A stretch of 63,042 nucleotides of DNA, filler included. It is 14 parts of 14 records of this genome, joined end to end, with 100 filler letters (N's around TTAATTAATTAA, not from the genome) between each part and the next. Parts side by side here need not be neighbours in the genome. Positions count along the whole stretch, not along the records: positions 26,280 to 29,472 come from SRR11831585_595; positions 29,573 to 31,741 come from SRR11831585_601; positions 31,842 to 34,075 come from SRR11831585_611; positions 34,176 to 46,840 come from SRR11831585_614; 10 more parts are not named here. The stretch is one strand, 5' to 3'. Positions 26,698 to 38,733 of this stretch are shown here, one piece after another. The notes under the pieces are model-generated. The model searched no databases. It was not told where the DNA came from and worked only from the letters and a program-made list of their open reading frames with translations. The stretch's first letter is position 1, and every line of letters starts with the position of its first letter. The position numbers and the translations under genes are program-made.

Positions 26698-29401
26698 CTA
26701 GACAGCTAAGAACGCTAGGTTGTGGACGTGTGAGATGTGCATTTTCTGGGAGAACTGCACGTGGCCTGAGGAAACATTGATCTGTGCAATCTGCACCGTG
26801 CGCACACAGAAACGGAGCCAACAACACGTGAGTCACTGCGAGCAGTATCAACGACCTGACCGCAACTATCAACACGAACTGTCACTATACACATCAAACA
26901 TTGACCCGACACGCATGAACGCACAGAAAGCGAAAACGTACCAAGTCGACCTCGGCTACATCCGCGCCGTACGCAACGAAGCGATAGAAAAGATGATCAT
27001 GGGCCACGTCCATGTCATACACAGCGCCGCCGTAATATGGCAAAAACACGTTGGCCGGACTCACATTATGCACGTAGGTCTCGTTGCCTACAAGGGTTAG
27101 ATGGGTTGGGATGCACAGTGAAAAGTGGAGCATTCACACGCAGTGCGGCCCGAAATACAGAACGAACGACACATGAACACAGACGTGCGCTGTTCCATAC
27201 CTGTCACCGCGTCCACAGCCAGTAAGTTCCATGTTGCATTACCGTACACCAGACCCGGGGACACAGTCAAAAGTCGCCCCATTCGGTCCAGCTGCACGCT
27301 GGAGAAGGTGTACGTGTGGTAATCGAGCGCTTGCTTGCGCACAATTGCGTGTGCTTTGAGATCCACCGTGTACAGGCTGCGAAATACAGACAGGAAAAGT
27401 GAGACAAAAACAAATCACAAGTGAGCCCGCGTGAACCCAACGTTTCATACATGCGCGCCCCACGGCACGTACACAGAGTCCAGGTCGATGGCGTCGTTTT
27501 CGTCGAAGAACAGCACATACAGCAGCTGGTTCTCAAAGTCCAGCTCCGACCACTACACGCACATCATCGATAACCACTCCGATCACAGCGAGGAAGCGCG
27601 AGAGAGTGCGTATGTACACACACACATACCACTGCGACCACATGACAGAACGATGCGAATTATGCAAATCCGTATATGCGTGCATCACATGACCAACCAT
27701 ACGACGCATATACTGGTTTCGCGGGTGCGCGAACAAACACACACCTGGAAATTGATAAACGTGTCATCCGGATCCGAAATTGCAATCTGTGTCAGCACCC
27801 CCTCTAGGGACAGCTCATAGAACACGGTTTGAAACACGAAGGGCTTGTACTCCTGCAAACTAATCACAACACACCCGACAGATTTGTTAGAGCAGATCTA
27901 CACTGTTCTAACAGAAACGAAAAATACAGGTTACAGTCACTCCAACCGACCGATAACAGGGAGACATGCAAAACGCAGCACTTGCAGGATGACACTTGAT
28001 GCACATAAAGACACACACGGATCTATGGAAACAGAAGGATGTACGTACGCCAGGGCGACCAGGGCCCCCGTGAATGGGTTGTAATTCAAAGCGTTGATTG
28101 GGGCACCGAGGTTGCTGATGTTGGTGAGAGTGTGTGTGTTGTGCCGCACGTCCACAGTCAGAAGATAGGTCGGCACCGATCCTACACGAACAAGAATCAA
28201 CAGATAAGATACATGGACCGAAAAAAAAACATACATGCAGGAACACCTGCGGTACACAACGCATGCGCCCAGCACAAACCAACCATATTATCCCGCGGGT
28301 TCGCCTCACAACTCACTGACATCATCAACAAACGTGTGTGCAGTCCCCATGACATAGCAGCGAACCTCACACGTACCAAGAGGGCCCGTGGACACCATAT
28401 AAAACAGACGCCCGTTATTTTGGTCCACGGCGCAGATCTGATCCAAGATGAAGGGCGTGTTGTCGTTGTGAACGAAGAACGGTGCGGGAAGGCGCGGGCT
28501 GTGTACGATGAAGGGGAGCTTCATGCGCGGCTGCACGCACAATAACATAAGCACACACGCACGCGCACACAGGCATTCACACGGATGCACACACGTACGC
28601 AGACACAACGCATTCACACAATGACGCGTGACGCGGGGATGCCATAAGCAGAACCCAAACATGAACCTGAGAGATGGAACAAAAGAACACGACACCACAC
28701 AACGAGACTGCGCTCATACACTCCAAGTACACAGGGCAGATGAGGGACTGCAGGGATGTGCACGTACTGTGATCGCCCCGCTGGCTGGGTTCACAGAGAC
28801 CAGCTCGCTCATGTCGCTATCCGGGGACGCCCATGACACACCATACAGCAGCGGGTTGTCACTCGCAGAGGCGATTTCCTGCACACCGGCGTACTCCCGA
28901 TCAATGTGGCCCTCGTCGCGGGGATGTGTGGGTGCGAGGGCGCGGTGGGGGTGTGCGGGAATCGAAGCACGCGTGATCGCAACATCCGCACATTGGTAGA
29001 ACGTCTCCTCACCGGGTTCTAAGCAAACACGCACTAATATTGGCACACCGTGGAATGTGGTATGTGATGTTGTCCGCCACAACTACCGACATATTACTGT
29101 GAAGCCCCTAGATATAACGCAGCCCACCATAGAAACATATACGCACACGAATACGTGCAATTATATTCTACAGATACACGACGAGTAAACGAACGCGCAT
29201 GTATCCGTGACATACTCTGAGCGACATATCGCAGACGGAACACACAGTGCGCACACTCTACGTCCGGGGCCGTGAGTGTCAGCGTGAAGTTACGCTGTGC
29301 ACCCTGCCAGTGCGCGTTGTAGTCCGGCACTGCTGCAATGACGTGAAACTGGTCGTCGCTGCTGGGATCCGGGACATCCGTCCACGCAATGTCAAGGTAA
29401 C
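26698..29401 (-). CDS. Spliced gene, 5'-truncated: LPMO-like beta-sandwich C-terminal half followed by a beta-propeller
   Basis: Nine phase-consistent exons: 29401-29216, 29018-28768, 28530-28377, 28181-28049, 27859-27745, 27552-27473, 27376-27201, 27087-26942, 26790-26698 (TAG). Motif PDVECAHCVFRLRYVAQ|KPGEETFYQCADVAI, then blade motifs LVSVNPASG, LLTVDV, LYTVDL, LLAVDAVTG, IAQINVSSG. Confidence 0.8.
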
Positions 29402-29472
29402 CTGCACAAACAGCGCAGCGGCGTCACTCCCGCGATCGCTTTATACACAATTTGTTACGGAAGGCACACAGG

Positions 29473-29572
29473 NNNNNNNNNNNNNNNNNNNNNNNNNNNN
29501 NNNNNNNNNNNNNNNNTTAATTAATTAANNNNNNNNNNNNNNNNNNNNNNNNNNNNNNNNNNNNNNNNNNNN
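29473..29572. other. Artificial contig spacer
   Basis: N44-TTAATTAATTAA-N44. Confidence 0.99.
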
Positions 29573-30215
29573 TTTTTAAGTGTAATAATAATCCATGCGC
29601 AAGCGCCTGCTTAATGGGCGCGTCTGTCTCCGGAATAGACGACATTTCGCGAAGCCATTTTTCCACATGCATACACTCTTTCCCTTTAGGGAAAATTCTC
29701 AGCAAAGGCATATGGTATTCAAGAAGAATACATTTGCAATCTGTTCGCACTGAATCGATAAACTGCACTAATTTCTTAAGCCCGGTAAAGCGTCCAGCCT
29801 GCACGTTTGCTTTAATATCAAGAAACGCATCATCCTGGTCATATACCCAAACTGTCCCTTTTTGATTTTCAAGTATGTGAAAAACAAACTTAACCGGGTG
29901 ATCAGGGTAATCCATCCAGTCATAAAATCCAGGGAAATCATTAAACTGCACATTTATGGTGAGTGCGTTATCGTCTGACCACTCACAGTCTCGTACGGCA
30001 GCCATGAGATGAATGAGTTTGTCGTCATCGACTAAATCATCACGACAATCATAAGGATAATCATAATATTGTTTAATCAAAACCTTGAATATATCGACAC
30101 AGGAAACCAGGGAGCTTTTGATATCCTCTGGTAACTGATTGTTTTTAACCGTATTAAGTATGCTTTGTTGCGTATATGGCATCAAATTATTGTGCGGAGC
30201 TTTTAATGATATCAT
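29573..30215 (-). CDS. yahL: Uncharacterised protein YahL, 3'-truncated
   Basis: Starts MISLKAPHNN; AT-rich; directly downstream of yahK. Confidence 0.85.
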
Positions 30216-30382
30216 CGCGATCTCTCTTAAATAAAAATAAACGTCGCAGATAATAAAGCTCTGATTAAACCAGGCACTATCAGAAATCGCTCATAACTAA
30301 CGTGTGAAGTATTGTGTACTGGAGGGCGTTAATTTAACAATTTAAATTTACGTTATAGGTTTTACTGCTACTTTGATATTAT

Positions 30383-30420
30383 TTCGCTCTCCTTAACTAA
30401 AAAGTTAAGTGGAGAGCGAA
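30383..30420. terminator. Inverted repeat between yahK and yahL
   Basis: TTCGCTCTCC...GGAGAGCGAA stem with inner TTAACT/AGTTAA. Confidence 0.55.
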
Positions 30421-30457
30421 GTTAATATGTTAAACCACAGGGTATTTATTAATTTTT

Positions 30458-31507
30458 TCAGTCTGTTAGTGTGCGATTATCGATAACAAAACGATATTTC
30501 ACATCACCGCGCAGCATTCGCTCATAGGCTTCATTAATTTGATCGGCCCGAATCATCTCTATATCAGCCACGATGCCATGTTCGGCGCAAAAATCGAGCA
30601 TCTCCTGAGTTTCTGGAATGCCGCCAATCATAGAACCGGCTATCGCACGGCGTTTCATGATCAGGTTGAAAACTTCCGGCGATTTATGCGGTGTCGCAGG
30701 CGCACCAACCAGCGTCATGGTGCCATCACGCTTCAGCAAGGTGGTAAAATCGTCGAGATTATGTGGCGCAGCTACTGTATTCAAAATGAAATCGAAACTC
30801 TTCAGATGAGCCGCCATCTCATCGGCATTGCGTGAGTTAACAACTTCATCGGCCCCCAGGGCTTTTGCCGCTTCGCGTTTTGCCTCAGAAGTGGTAAATG
30901 CCACCACATGTGCCCCCATCGCGTGGGCCAGCTTAATCCCCATATGTCCCAGACCGCCGATGCCGACCACGCCCACTTTTTTACCCGGCCCGGCCTGCCA
31001 GTGACGTAGCGGCGAATACGTGGTGATCCCTGCACACAACAAAGGAGCCACCGCCGCCAGCTGCTCTTGCGGGTGACGAATACGCAGAACATATCGCTCA
31101 TGAACGACGATCTGTTGTGAGTAGCCGCCCAGAGTATGGCCCGGTTCGTCCGGCGTCGGCGAGTTATAGGTGCCGGTCATGTGATCACAGTAGTTTTCCA
31201 ACCCGTCTTCACACTCTTCGCAATGTTTACAACTGTCGACAATGCAGCCGACACCGACCAGATCGCCCGGCGCATATTTTTCTACCTGATCACCAACGGC
31301 TACCACACGCCCCACAATTTCATGACCCGGCACGCAGGGGTAAACCGTCCCCGCCCACTCGGAACGGACCTGGTGGAGATCGGAATGGCAAACGCCACAG
31401 TAAGCGATTTCGATTTTGACATCATTCGGTCCCGGTTCACGCCGGGTGATATCCATCGGTTCAAGTGGTTGTTTAGCGGAATATGCACCAACAGCTTTGA
31501 TCTTCAT
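30458..31507 (-). CDS. yahK: Zn-dependent NADPH aldehyde reductase
   Basis: CHSD, GHE and GIGGLG motifs; 349 aa. Confidence 0.96.
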   Translation of the reverse strand: MKIKAVGAYSAKQPLEPMDITRREPGPNDVKIEIAYCGVCHSDLHQVRSEWAGTVYPCVPGHEIVGRVVAVGDQVEKYAPGDLVGVGCIVDSCKHCEECEDGLENYCDHMTGTYNSPTPDEPGHTLGGYSQQIVVHERYVLRIRHPQEQLAAVAPLLCAGITTYSPLRHWQAGPGKKVGVVGIGGLGHMGIKLAHAMGAHVVAFTTSEAKREAAKALGADEVVNSRNADEMAAHLKSFDFILNTVAAPHNLDDFTTLLKRDGTMTLVGAPATPHKSPEVFNLIMKRRAIAGSMIGGIPETQEMLDFCAEHGIVADIEMIRADQINEAYERMLRGDVKYRFVIDNRTLTD

Positions 31508-31741
31508 TGTGTTTACTCCTGATTAGCTATGTGTATTTGGCAACGCCTGATATGTCATCGCGGCAAAACGCGTCCATTGAATATAGCCAATATTTAAACC
31601 ACCCGATCCAGCCCCAACATGCCGCGAGCCTGAATGAAACAGAGCAGCAACGTTCCCCATAAGGCGAGCGCCTGTAAGTGTGATATTTGCTATCTGTAAA
31701 AGACTAAAATCGGCAAAACTGATGATCTTTTCACGTAGACA

Positions 31742-31841
31742 NNNNNNNNNNNNNNNNNNNNNNNNNNNNNNNNNNNNNNNNNNNNTTAATTAATTAANNN
31801 NNNNNNNNNNNNNNNNNNNNNNNNNNNNNNNNNNNNNNNNN
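31742..31841. other. Artificial contig spacer
   Basis: N44-TTAATTAATTAA-N44. Confidence 0.99.
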
Positions 31842-31843
31842 TC

Positions 31844-34075
31844 TCTGTCACGGGCCTGGCCAACGCGGGCTCCGTCAGCACGGGCGGCGCCCTGACAGCC
31901 GGCGCGGTCACGGCCAGCTCGCTGCGTGCGGCAGGCAGCATCACGGCGGCAGGCATGAGCTCGTCGTCCGTGGTGACGGTGGCGGGCCTGACCAACACGG
32001 CCGCCATGACTGCCACCCACGCACTGCTCACAGGCACGCTCAGCGCGGCCGCCCTCAGCTCGGCGGGTGCGGTGAGCGGCGCGTACGTTGCGTCCTCGGG
32101 CCCTGTGACCGCGTCCGGCATGACCACGGCGGGCGCTGTGTCGGTGCTCTCGGTGACCGCCACCAGCACCATCCAGAGCGCGGGCGTTGTTGCGGGCCAG
32201 CACCTGTCCACCGCGGGCACCGTCTCCGCCGCCAATGTGCTGGCCACGGGCGCACTCAGCGGCAACACCGCGCTCGTCACCGGCCTCGCGTCCGCGGGCG
32301 GGCTGTCCACCACGGGCGGCCTGACGGCCAACACGGCGGTGGTGACGGGCCAGCTGCAGGCCGGCTCCATGTCCCTGGGCGCCCTGACCGCGTCCAGCAT
32401 CAGCTCCACGGGCGCGGTCACGGGCGCCTCCATGCAGGTTACCAACCTCATCAGTGCCGGGCAGCTGTCCACGGGCGCCCTCACCGCGGCCTCGCTCAGC
32501 AACGCGGGCAACGTCACCGCCAACTTTGTGTCGGTCACCACCGTCGTGCAGGCCGGCTCGCTGTCGCTGTCCGGCGGCGTGACATCCGCCTTCGAGATCG
32601 TGACCGGCAACCTGCAGGCTGGCTCCCTTAGTGCCAGCGGCGCGCTCATCGCGGGCTCGGCCCAGGCCGCCTCCCTGAGCGCGTCGGGCGCGGTCACTGC
32701 CAACAACGCGGTGGTCACGACACTTCTTGCCACGGCCAGCATCAGCGCGACAGGCACGCTCACGGCGAACGCCGCGTCCGTGACGGGCACGCTGAGCAGC
32801 GGACAGCTGGTGTCGGGCAGCCTGAGCAACTCGGGCGCACTGACAGCCAACAGCACCTCCATCACGTACGGCGTGGTGGCAGGCTCGCTCAGCAGTGCGG
32901 GCGATGTCACCGCTGCCAAGCTGCAGTCCGCCACGCTCACGGCCACCAGTCTGTCGGCAGCATCCATCTCCGCGTCTGGAAGCTTGACAGCCAACCAAAT
33001 CGACGTGACTGGCGTTGCAGTGCTCGGGTCCATCTTCACCGGCGCCCTGACCGCAACCTCCGTGAACTTCACGGGTACTTTGGCGGCATCCTCCGCGACG
33101 TACTCCGGCCACGTGCAGAGTGCATCATTCTCAACAGGACCGCTCACGGCTGGGACGGGCAGCTTCACCGGACAGCTGACGGCCGCGGCTGGCTTCTCCG
33201 CGAGCTTTGCCAACACCGGCGCCTTGAACGCATCGTCCATCATCACGCCCGGAGCGCTCACAGCAAGCAGTGCGCTTGTCAGCAACCTTTTGCAGGCCGC
33301 ATCCCTCTCGTCGTCTGGCATCATCACGGCGGGAACGGGCGCGGTGGCCGGATACTACACCTCGTCCGGGTCGCTGACAGCCAACGCTGTGGTCGCCACC
33401 ACCTCCGTCAGCGGGGCAAGCATCTCCGCCACCGGTGCCCTGACTGCCAACTCCGCCGTGGTGACCAACCTGTTGGTAGCGGGCAGCATGAGCACGACAG
33501 GCACTCTGACCTCCAACACAGCCTCCGTGACAGGCACCATGGTCGCCGGCTCGCTGTCCACGGGCATCGTGACCGCCAGCGGCCTCACCTCCTCGGGCGC
33601 AGTCACGGGCGGGTCGTTCACATCGGCCGGGGCCGTCACGGCAGCCTCGTTCAGCTCCGCGGGCGCCCTGACAGCAGCGGCCGCCACCGCAACCTCGCTG
33701 CGCACAAGCGGCTCCATCACGTCGGCGGGCATGAGCAGCTCGAGCGTGGTGACGGTGGCCGGGCTGACATCCACGGCTGGGCTCACCGGCAGCACCCTCT
33801 CCGTGGCGAACGCTATGACCGCGTCCTCCCTGCAGCTGAGCAACTACATCTATGTGACCAGCATCAGCGCCTCGGGTGCCGTGACAGGGAACTCCGTGGT
33901 CGTTACTACGCTCCTCAACGCGGGATCGCTGACCACAGGTGCACTCACAGCTGGTGCCCTCCAAGCTTCGTCCGTCAGCACCGCGGGAGCGTCCACCGCA
34001 GCCACGGCAGTTGTTACTGGCCTGATGAACGCAGGCTCCGTAACCACTGGCGCCCTGACTGCTGCGGCGTTGCAA
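31844..34075 (+). CDS. Internal fragment (~744 codons, open at both ends) of a large Ala/Ser/Thr/Gly/Val repeat protein, probably a beta-helix or fibre
   Basis: No stop codon across the whole contig; strong GC3 bias; ~11-residue degenerate repeat G(A/S/T)(L/V)TAxSxxxT; almost no charged residues. Confidence 0.8.
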
Positions 34076-34175
34076 NNNNNNNNNNNNNNNNNNNNNNNNN
34101 NNNNNNNNNNNNNNNNNNNTTAATTAATTAANNNNNNNNNNNNNNNNNNNNNNNNNNNNNNNNNNNNNNNNNNNN
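34076..34175. other. Artificial contig spacer
   Basis: N44-TTAATTAATTAA-N44. Confidence 0.99.
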
Positions 34176-34218
34176 GGAAATTTAAAATAATTTTCTGACC
34201 GCGCAACATTCAACCAAA
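34176..34218 (-). promoter_or_regulatory. rrnB P1 UP element and adjacent FIS site I region
   Basis: Reverse complement GGTTGAATGTTGCGCGGTCAGAAAATTATTTTAAATTTCC, downstream of murI. Confidence 0.9.
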
Positions 34219-35076
34219 TCAGCCTAAAACTGCCAGTTTTTCGAGCGTTTCGAAGCCGTAACGCTGTAAAACGGGCAATAATTGTTCAGCTCCTGGCGTC
34301 ATTGCCATACAAAAGGCAATATTCGCATCGGCAGATTTTGCATCCGGGGCTTCATGTTCTAACAACCAGGCCGTTCGGCGAGCAATCGCTGCGCCAGAAT
34401 CCACCAGCCGGGTTCCCTCTGGCAGCACTTGTAACAGTTCTTCTTGTAGTAGAGGGAAATGGGTGCAACCCAATACAACGGTATCTGGCGGCTCTTTCAT
34501 TCTTAACCACGGGCGTAGGATACGTTTTAGTGCATCCAGAGAAACATCTTCGCCATGTAGCTTCGCTTCAGCCAACTCAACCATCTCTGCCGAGCCCAGC
34601 ATTTCTATCTGGCATTCATTAGCGAAACGCGCGATCAGCTCATGAGTATAAGAACGTTTAACTGTTCCGCGGGTTGCCAGTAATCCGACAATGCCATTTG
34701 CCGTCAGACGTGCAGCAGGTTTAATCGCCGGCACGACACCAACAACCGGGAAGTCGAACTTTTCGCGTAATGCAGGAAGTGAAACGGTACTGGCAGTGTT
34801 GCAAGCGACCACAGCCAGCGCAAGGGGATAACGTTCTTGCACCGCGGTGACAATTGCCACCACTCGCTCAACAATAAACGCTTCGCTTTTTTCGCCATAC
34901 GGGAAAGCGACGTTATCGAAAGCATAAATGTAATGGAGATCCGGTAAGAGATGCCGGATCTCGTCATAGACCGACAACCCACCGACGCCGGAGTCAAACA
35001 CCAGCACGGTGGGACGTGGTTCAGAAGGTGTAGCTGCCAGACAAGGTGTATTCCCGTCCTGCAGTTTGGTAGCCAT
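34219..35076 (-). CDS. murI: Glutamate racemase
   Basis: DSGVGG, ACNTAS and LGCTHFP motifs; overlaps the btuB 3' end. Confidence 0.97.
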   Translation of the reverse strand: MATKLQDGNTPCLAATPSEPRPTVLVFDSGVGGLSVYDEIRHLLPDLHYIYAFDNVAFPYGEKSEAFIVERVVAIVTAVQERYPLALAVVACNTASTVSLPALREKFDFPVVGVVPAIKPAARLTANGIVGLLATRGTVKRSYTHELIARFANECQIEMLGSAEMVELAEAKLHGEDVSLDALKRILRPWLRMKEPPDTVVLGCTHFPLLQEELLQVLPEGTRLVDSGAAIARRTAWLLEHEAPDAKSADANIAFCMAMTPGAEQLLPVLQRYGFETLEKLAVLG

Positions 35077-36865
35077 AGACTGTCTCATAATCTTTGTCGA
35101 ACAGGTTGGCTATTTTACCACGAACTGTCAGGTGAGAGGTGACCGGATACGCAACCGCAAGATCCCACAAGCTCACACCGCCCATTTTAACGGTTTGATA
35201 AGGATAAGATGAGTAATCCTTATCATAGCGAGTGCCTAAATACTGATAAGTAATACCCCAGTCGAAGTCATACAACTGCCAGTCGAGCTGGTATTTCACC
35301 TGCTGTTTAGCACGGCGTAACAACGGCGTGTCGGTAATCGCATTGCGCGCATCGACATAATCATAACTCACAGTATGCGTCAGTGGTCCGGTATCAAAAT
35401 TGGCGGTCGCCTCGACGCCCTTAATCCGCGCTTTCCCTTCGTTGTAATATTTCAGGGTGTGATCATCATAATCGATCAAGTCACTGACATCGTTACGATA
35501 TCCGGAAATACGCCAGTTCACCCCAGCGGTTAAGCCTTCAAACGCGCCTTCCCACTGTTTGCTTTTCTCCGGGTCCAGATTCGGATTTCCGTAGAAGCCA
35601 TACAGTTGCCCCAGATTTGGTGCCTTATAAGATGTCCCGTAGGAAGCAATGAAGCGATAACCTTCGATGAATTCCCAACCGGCGCTGGTTTGCCAGGTTC
35701 CATGACGACCAAACTGTGAGTTATCGTCACTGCGTGCTGCGCCTTCAAAGGTAAAATCGCCGACTTGTTGCAGCCCGGTCAGATAGATGCCGGTATTACG
35801 TTGATCATATCCATCCTCAACATAACCTGTACCCGGCGTCGTAGTCTGTTTCTGCCAGTCGACACCCGCACCAATACTACCGTGACCAACGATGACATTG
35901 TTTGCCCACTGGACGGTGTATTGCTTCATCTCATCGAGCGTCGCCGACGAATCATAACGACCATAATGGGGATCGTAGTTGTAATCTTTGCTATGGCTAT
36001 AGCTGGTAATGAGTTGTGATTTAATCAGTTCGCCGTTATAGCGCAGCCCGGCGTCCCAACTTTGGCTATAGAGTTTACGGGTATCGAGCAACGGTGAACC
36101 GGGAGAATAATACGCGTCATAATTGGTACGGTTATCATAGCCATAGCCGCGCACAAAGCCGCTCCAGGCATCAGTAAAGTTATGCTCCAGCGCGCCATAA
36201 AGCGTTTTACTTAAAAAACCATCGTTATCTGTCTGCGCTTGCGTTCCGGTATTACCATAGGCAACAACATCATAACCATGAGTATGGGCATAATCGCCCA
36301 ACAGCGTTACCCGTGTCTTATCCCCCAGTTGTTGCTGCGTAGAGACATCATAGTTCTGATAACTATTGCTTCCCCACCCTGCTGAAATTTCCGTTCCGGG
36401 TTCATCGCGCGTCGTGATGATATTCACCACCCCGCCTATTGCATCGGAACCATAAACAGCGGAGCGCGGCCCACGGATATATTCAACACGCTGGACAAGC
36501 GCAATAGGGAACTGGCTAAGGTCGGCAGAACCACTCACCCCCGCCAGATTCAGGCGTACGCCATCAATTAACACCAACACATGACTGGCATTTGTACCGC
36601 GAATAAAAATAGATGAGAGCTGACCTGAACCGCCGTTTTGGGTGATATCGACGCCCGGAAGACGGCGCAGCACATCATTGACCGAGGTCGACTGCCAGCG
36701 GTCGATATCCTGACGGGTCACAACGGTGGTTGGTGCAAGCACAGTGCTGCGCGGCTGTTCAAAACGGTTAGCAGTAACGACGAGAGTATCCGGGCTGGTA
36801 TCCTGTGCCCAAGCGGAAAATGCCGTGACGGAACACGCCGTCAGCAGCGAAGCTTTTTTAATCAT
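35021..36865 (-). CDS. btuB: TonB-dependent cobalamin receptor
   Basis: 614 aa; signal peptide; TonB box DTLVVTA; C-terminal Phe. Confidence 0.98.
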   Translation of the reverse strand: MIKKASLLTACSVTAFSAWAQDTSPDTLVVTANRFEQPRSTVLAPTTVVTRQDIDRWQSTSVNDVLRRLPGVDITQNGGSGQLSSIFIRGTNASHVLVLIDGVRLNLAGVSGSADLSQFPIALVQRVEYIRGPRSAVYGSDAIGGVVNIITTRDEPGTEISAGWGSNSYQNYDVSTQQQLGDKTRVTLLGDYAHTHGYDVVAYGNTGTQAQTDNDGFLSKTLYGALEHNFTDAWSGFVRGYGYDNRTNYDAYYSPGSPLLDTRKLYSQSWDAGLRYNGELIKSQLITSYSHSKDYNYDPHYGRYDSSATLDEMKQYTVQWANNVIVGHGSIGAGVDWQKQTTTPGTGYVEDGYDQRNTGIYLTGLQQVGDFTFEGAARSDDNSQFGRHGTWQTSAGWEFIEGYRFIASYGTSYKAPNLGQLYGFYGNPNLDPEKSKQWEGAFEGLTAGVNWRISGYRNDVSDLIDYDDHTLKYYNEGKARIKGVEATANFDTGPLTHTVSYDYVDARNAITDTPLLRRAKQQVKYQLDWQLYDFDWGITYQYLGTRYDKDYSSYPYQTVKMGGVSLWDLAVAYPVTSHLTVRGKIANLFDKDYETVYGYQTAGREYTLSGSYTF

Positions 36866-36944
36866 TGTAAAGCATCCACAATAGAAGAAGGATGCCGCAG
36901 GTTTCATCAATATTACGCGATGATGAGAACCAGATGCGACGTTG

Positions 36945-37105
36945 GCCGGCAGGTCTTCGGGCTTGGAGGGGTATCTAAGATACTAAGAGATGATGACTTC
37001 CCACCGAATGGCAGTGTCCGCATAACGCAATCATCGCACCTTTCCTTACCGCTGCGCGTCAGCTCCAGATTCGCACTGGATTCCCTATTAACTCACAGGA
37101 CCGGC
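36945..37105 (-). ncRNA. Adenosylcobalamin riboswitch (btuB leader)
   Basis: GCCGGTCCTGTGAGTTAATAGGGAATCCAGTGCGAATCTGGAGCTG... ending in the B12 box AAGCCCGAAGACCTGCCGGC. Confidence 0.95.
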
Positions 37106-37233
37106 AAGTGGATGCTACAGGTTGTAACAAGTTACTGTCCAGACGTAGCTCACAAATAGGAATTCATCAAGATCTGGACATCTGATGAGCAATCCCTACA
37201 ATCGCCGCGTACTTTAATTTTTCAGGATACATC

Positions 37234-38334
37234 ATGACCCCCGAACACCTTCCAACAGAACAGTATGAAGCGCAGTTAGCCGAAAAAGTGGTACGTTTGC
37301 AAAGTATGATGGCACCGTTTTCTGACCTGGTTCCGGAAGTGTTTCGCTCGCCGGTCAGTCATTACCGGATGCGCGCGGAGTTCCGCATCTGGCACGATGG
37401 CGATGACCTGTATCACATCATTTTCGATCAACAAACCAAAAGCCGCATCCGCGTGGATAGCTTCCCCGCCGCCAGTGAACTTATCAACCAGTTGATGACG
37501 GCGATGATTGCGGGTGTGCGTAATAATCCCGTTCTGCGCCACAAGTTGTTCCAGATTGATTACCTCACTACACTGAGTAATCAGGCGGTGGTTTCCCTGC
37601 TATACCATAAGAAGCTGGATGATGAGTGGCGTCAGGAAGCGGAGGCCCTGCGCGATGCACTGCGCGCGCAGAATCTGAATGTGCATCTGATTGGTCGGGC
37701 AACGAAAACCAAAATCGAGCTGGATCAGGATTACATCGATGAACGTCTGCCGGTCGCAGGGAAAGAGATGATCTACCGTCAGGTAGAAAACAGCTTTACC
37801 CAGCCGAACGCGGCGATGAATATTCAGATGCTGGAATGGGCGCTGGACGTAACCAAAGGCTCAAAAGGCGATTTACTGGAGCTGTACTGCGGCAACGGTA
37901 ACTTTTCATTAGCGCTGGCGCGTAATTTTGATCGGGTATTAGCCACCGAAATCGCTAAGCCGTCGGTTGCTGCTGCGCAATACAACATCGCAGCTAACCA
38001 TATTGATAACGTACAAATTATTCGTATGGCGGCAGAAGAATTTACTCAGGCGATGAATGGTGTGCGCGAGTTTAACCGCCTGCAAGGGATCGACTTAAAG
38101 AGTTATCAGTGCGAAACCATTTTTGTCGACCCTCCGCGCAGCGGTCTGGACAGTGAAACCGAGAAAATGGTGCAGGCGTATCCGCGTATTTTGTACATCT
38201 CCTGTAACCCGGAAACGTTATGCAAGAATCTGGAAACATTAAGCCAGACGCACAAGGTCGAACGTCTGGCTCTGTTTGATCAGTTCCCCTACACGCACCA
38301 TATGGAGTGCGGCGTATTACTGACCGCGAAGTAA
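37234..38334 (+). CDS. trmA: tRNA m5U54 methyltransferase
   Basis: ELYCGNG, VDPPR, YISCN and [10 protein letters not shown] motifs. Confidence 0.98.
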
Positions 38335-38340
38335 AACCCA

Positions 38341-38364
38341 TGCCGGATGCGCCAGCATCCGGCA
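38341..38364. repeat. REP-like palindrome between convergent trmA and yijD
   Basis: TGCCGGATGC-GCCA-GCATCCGGCA. Confidence 0.75.
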
Positions 38365-38373
38365 TAATACCGA

Positions 38374-38733
38374 TTACTCAGCAACTTCCTGCTTACGGTT
38401 ACGCATCTTCGCGCCAATCCAGAACACCATAATGACGGAGAGTACTGCCGGGAAGAAGTTAGAGCCGATATCCGGATATTCCGCACGAACTACCGTGCTG
38501 TACAGCAGTACGCCGAGAATAAAACAGGCAGCTGCCAGACCCGGCAAGCCTACCGGCATAGTGCGATTAAGATAACGTTGATGCAGGCAGTAAACCGTCA
38601 GCACCAGGGAAATAATCGGGAATACAGAAAATGGCACAATGGAGCTAAACAGCGCTGCGAAAGTACCATTAATCGATAAGCCAGCAACTAACGCCAGCAG
38701 CAGCGTACCTCTATCTTGATTTGCTTGTTTCAT
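38374..38733 (-). CDS. yijD: Inner membrane protein YijD
   Basis: 119 aa; PDIGSNFFP motif; translationally coupled to fabR. Confidence 0.93.

Noticed and set aside
31842-34075. Long antisense ORFs (513, 440 and 314 aa)
   Set aside because: These are expected shadows of a GC3-rich, low-complexity sense frame.
35021-35088. btuB/murI overlap, and similarly sthA/oxyR and sxy/yccS overlaps
   Set aside because: Known native E. coli arrangements.
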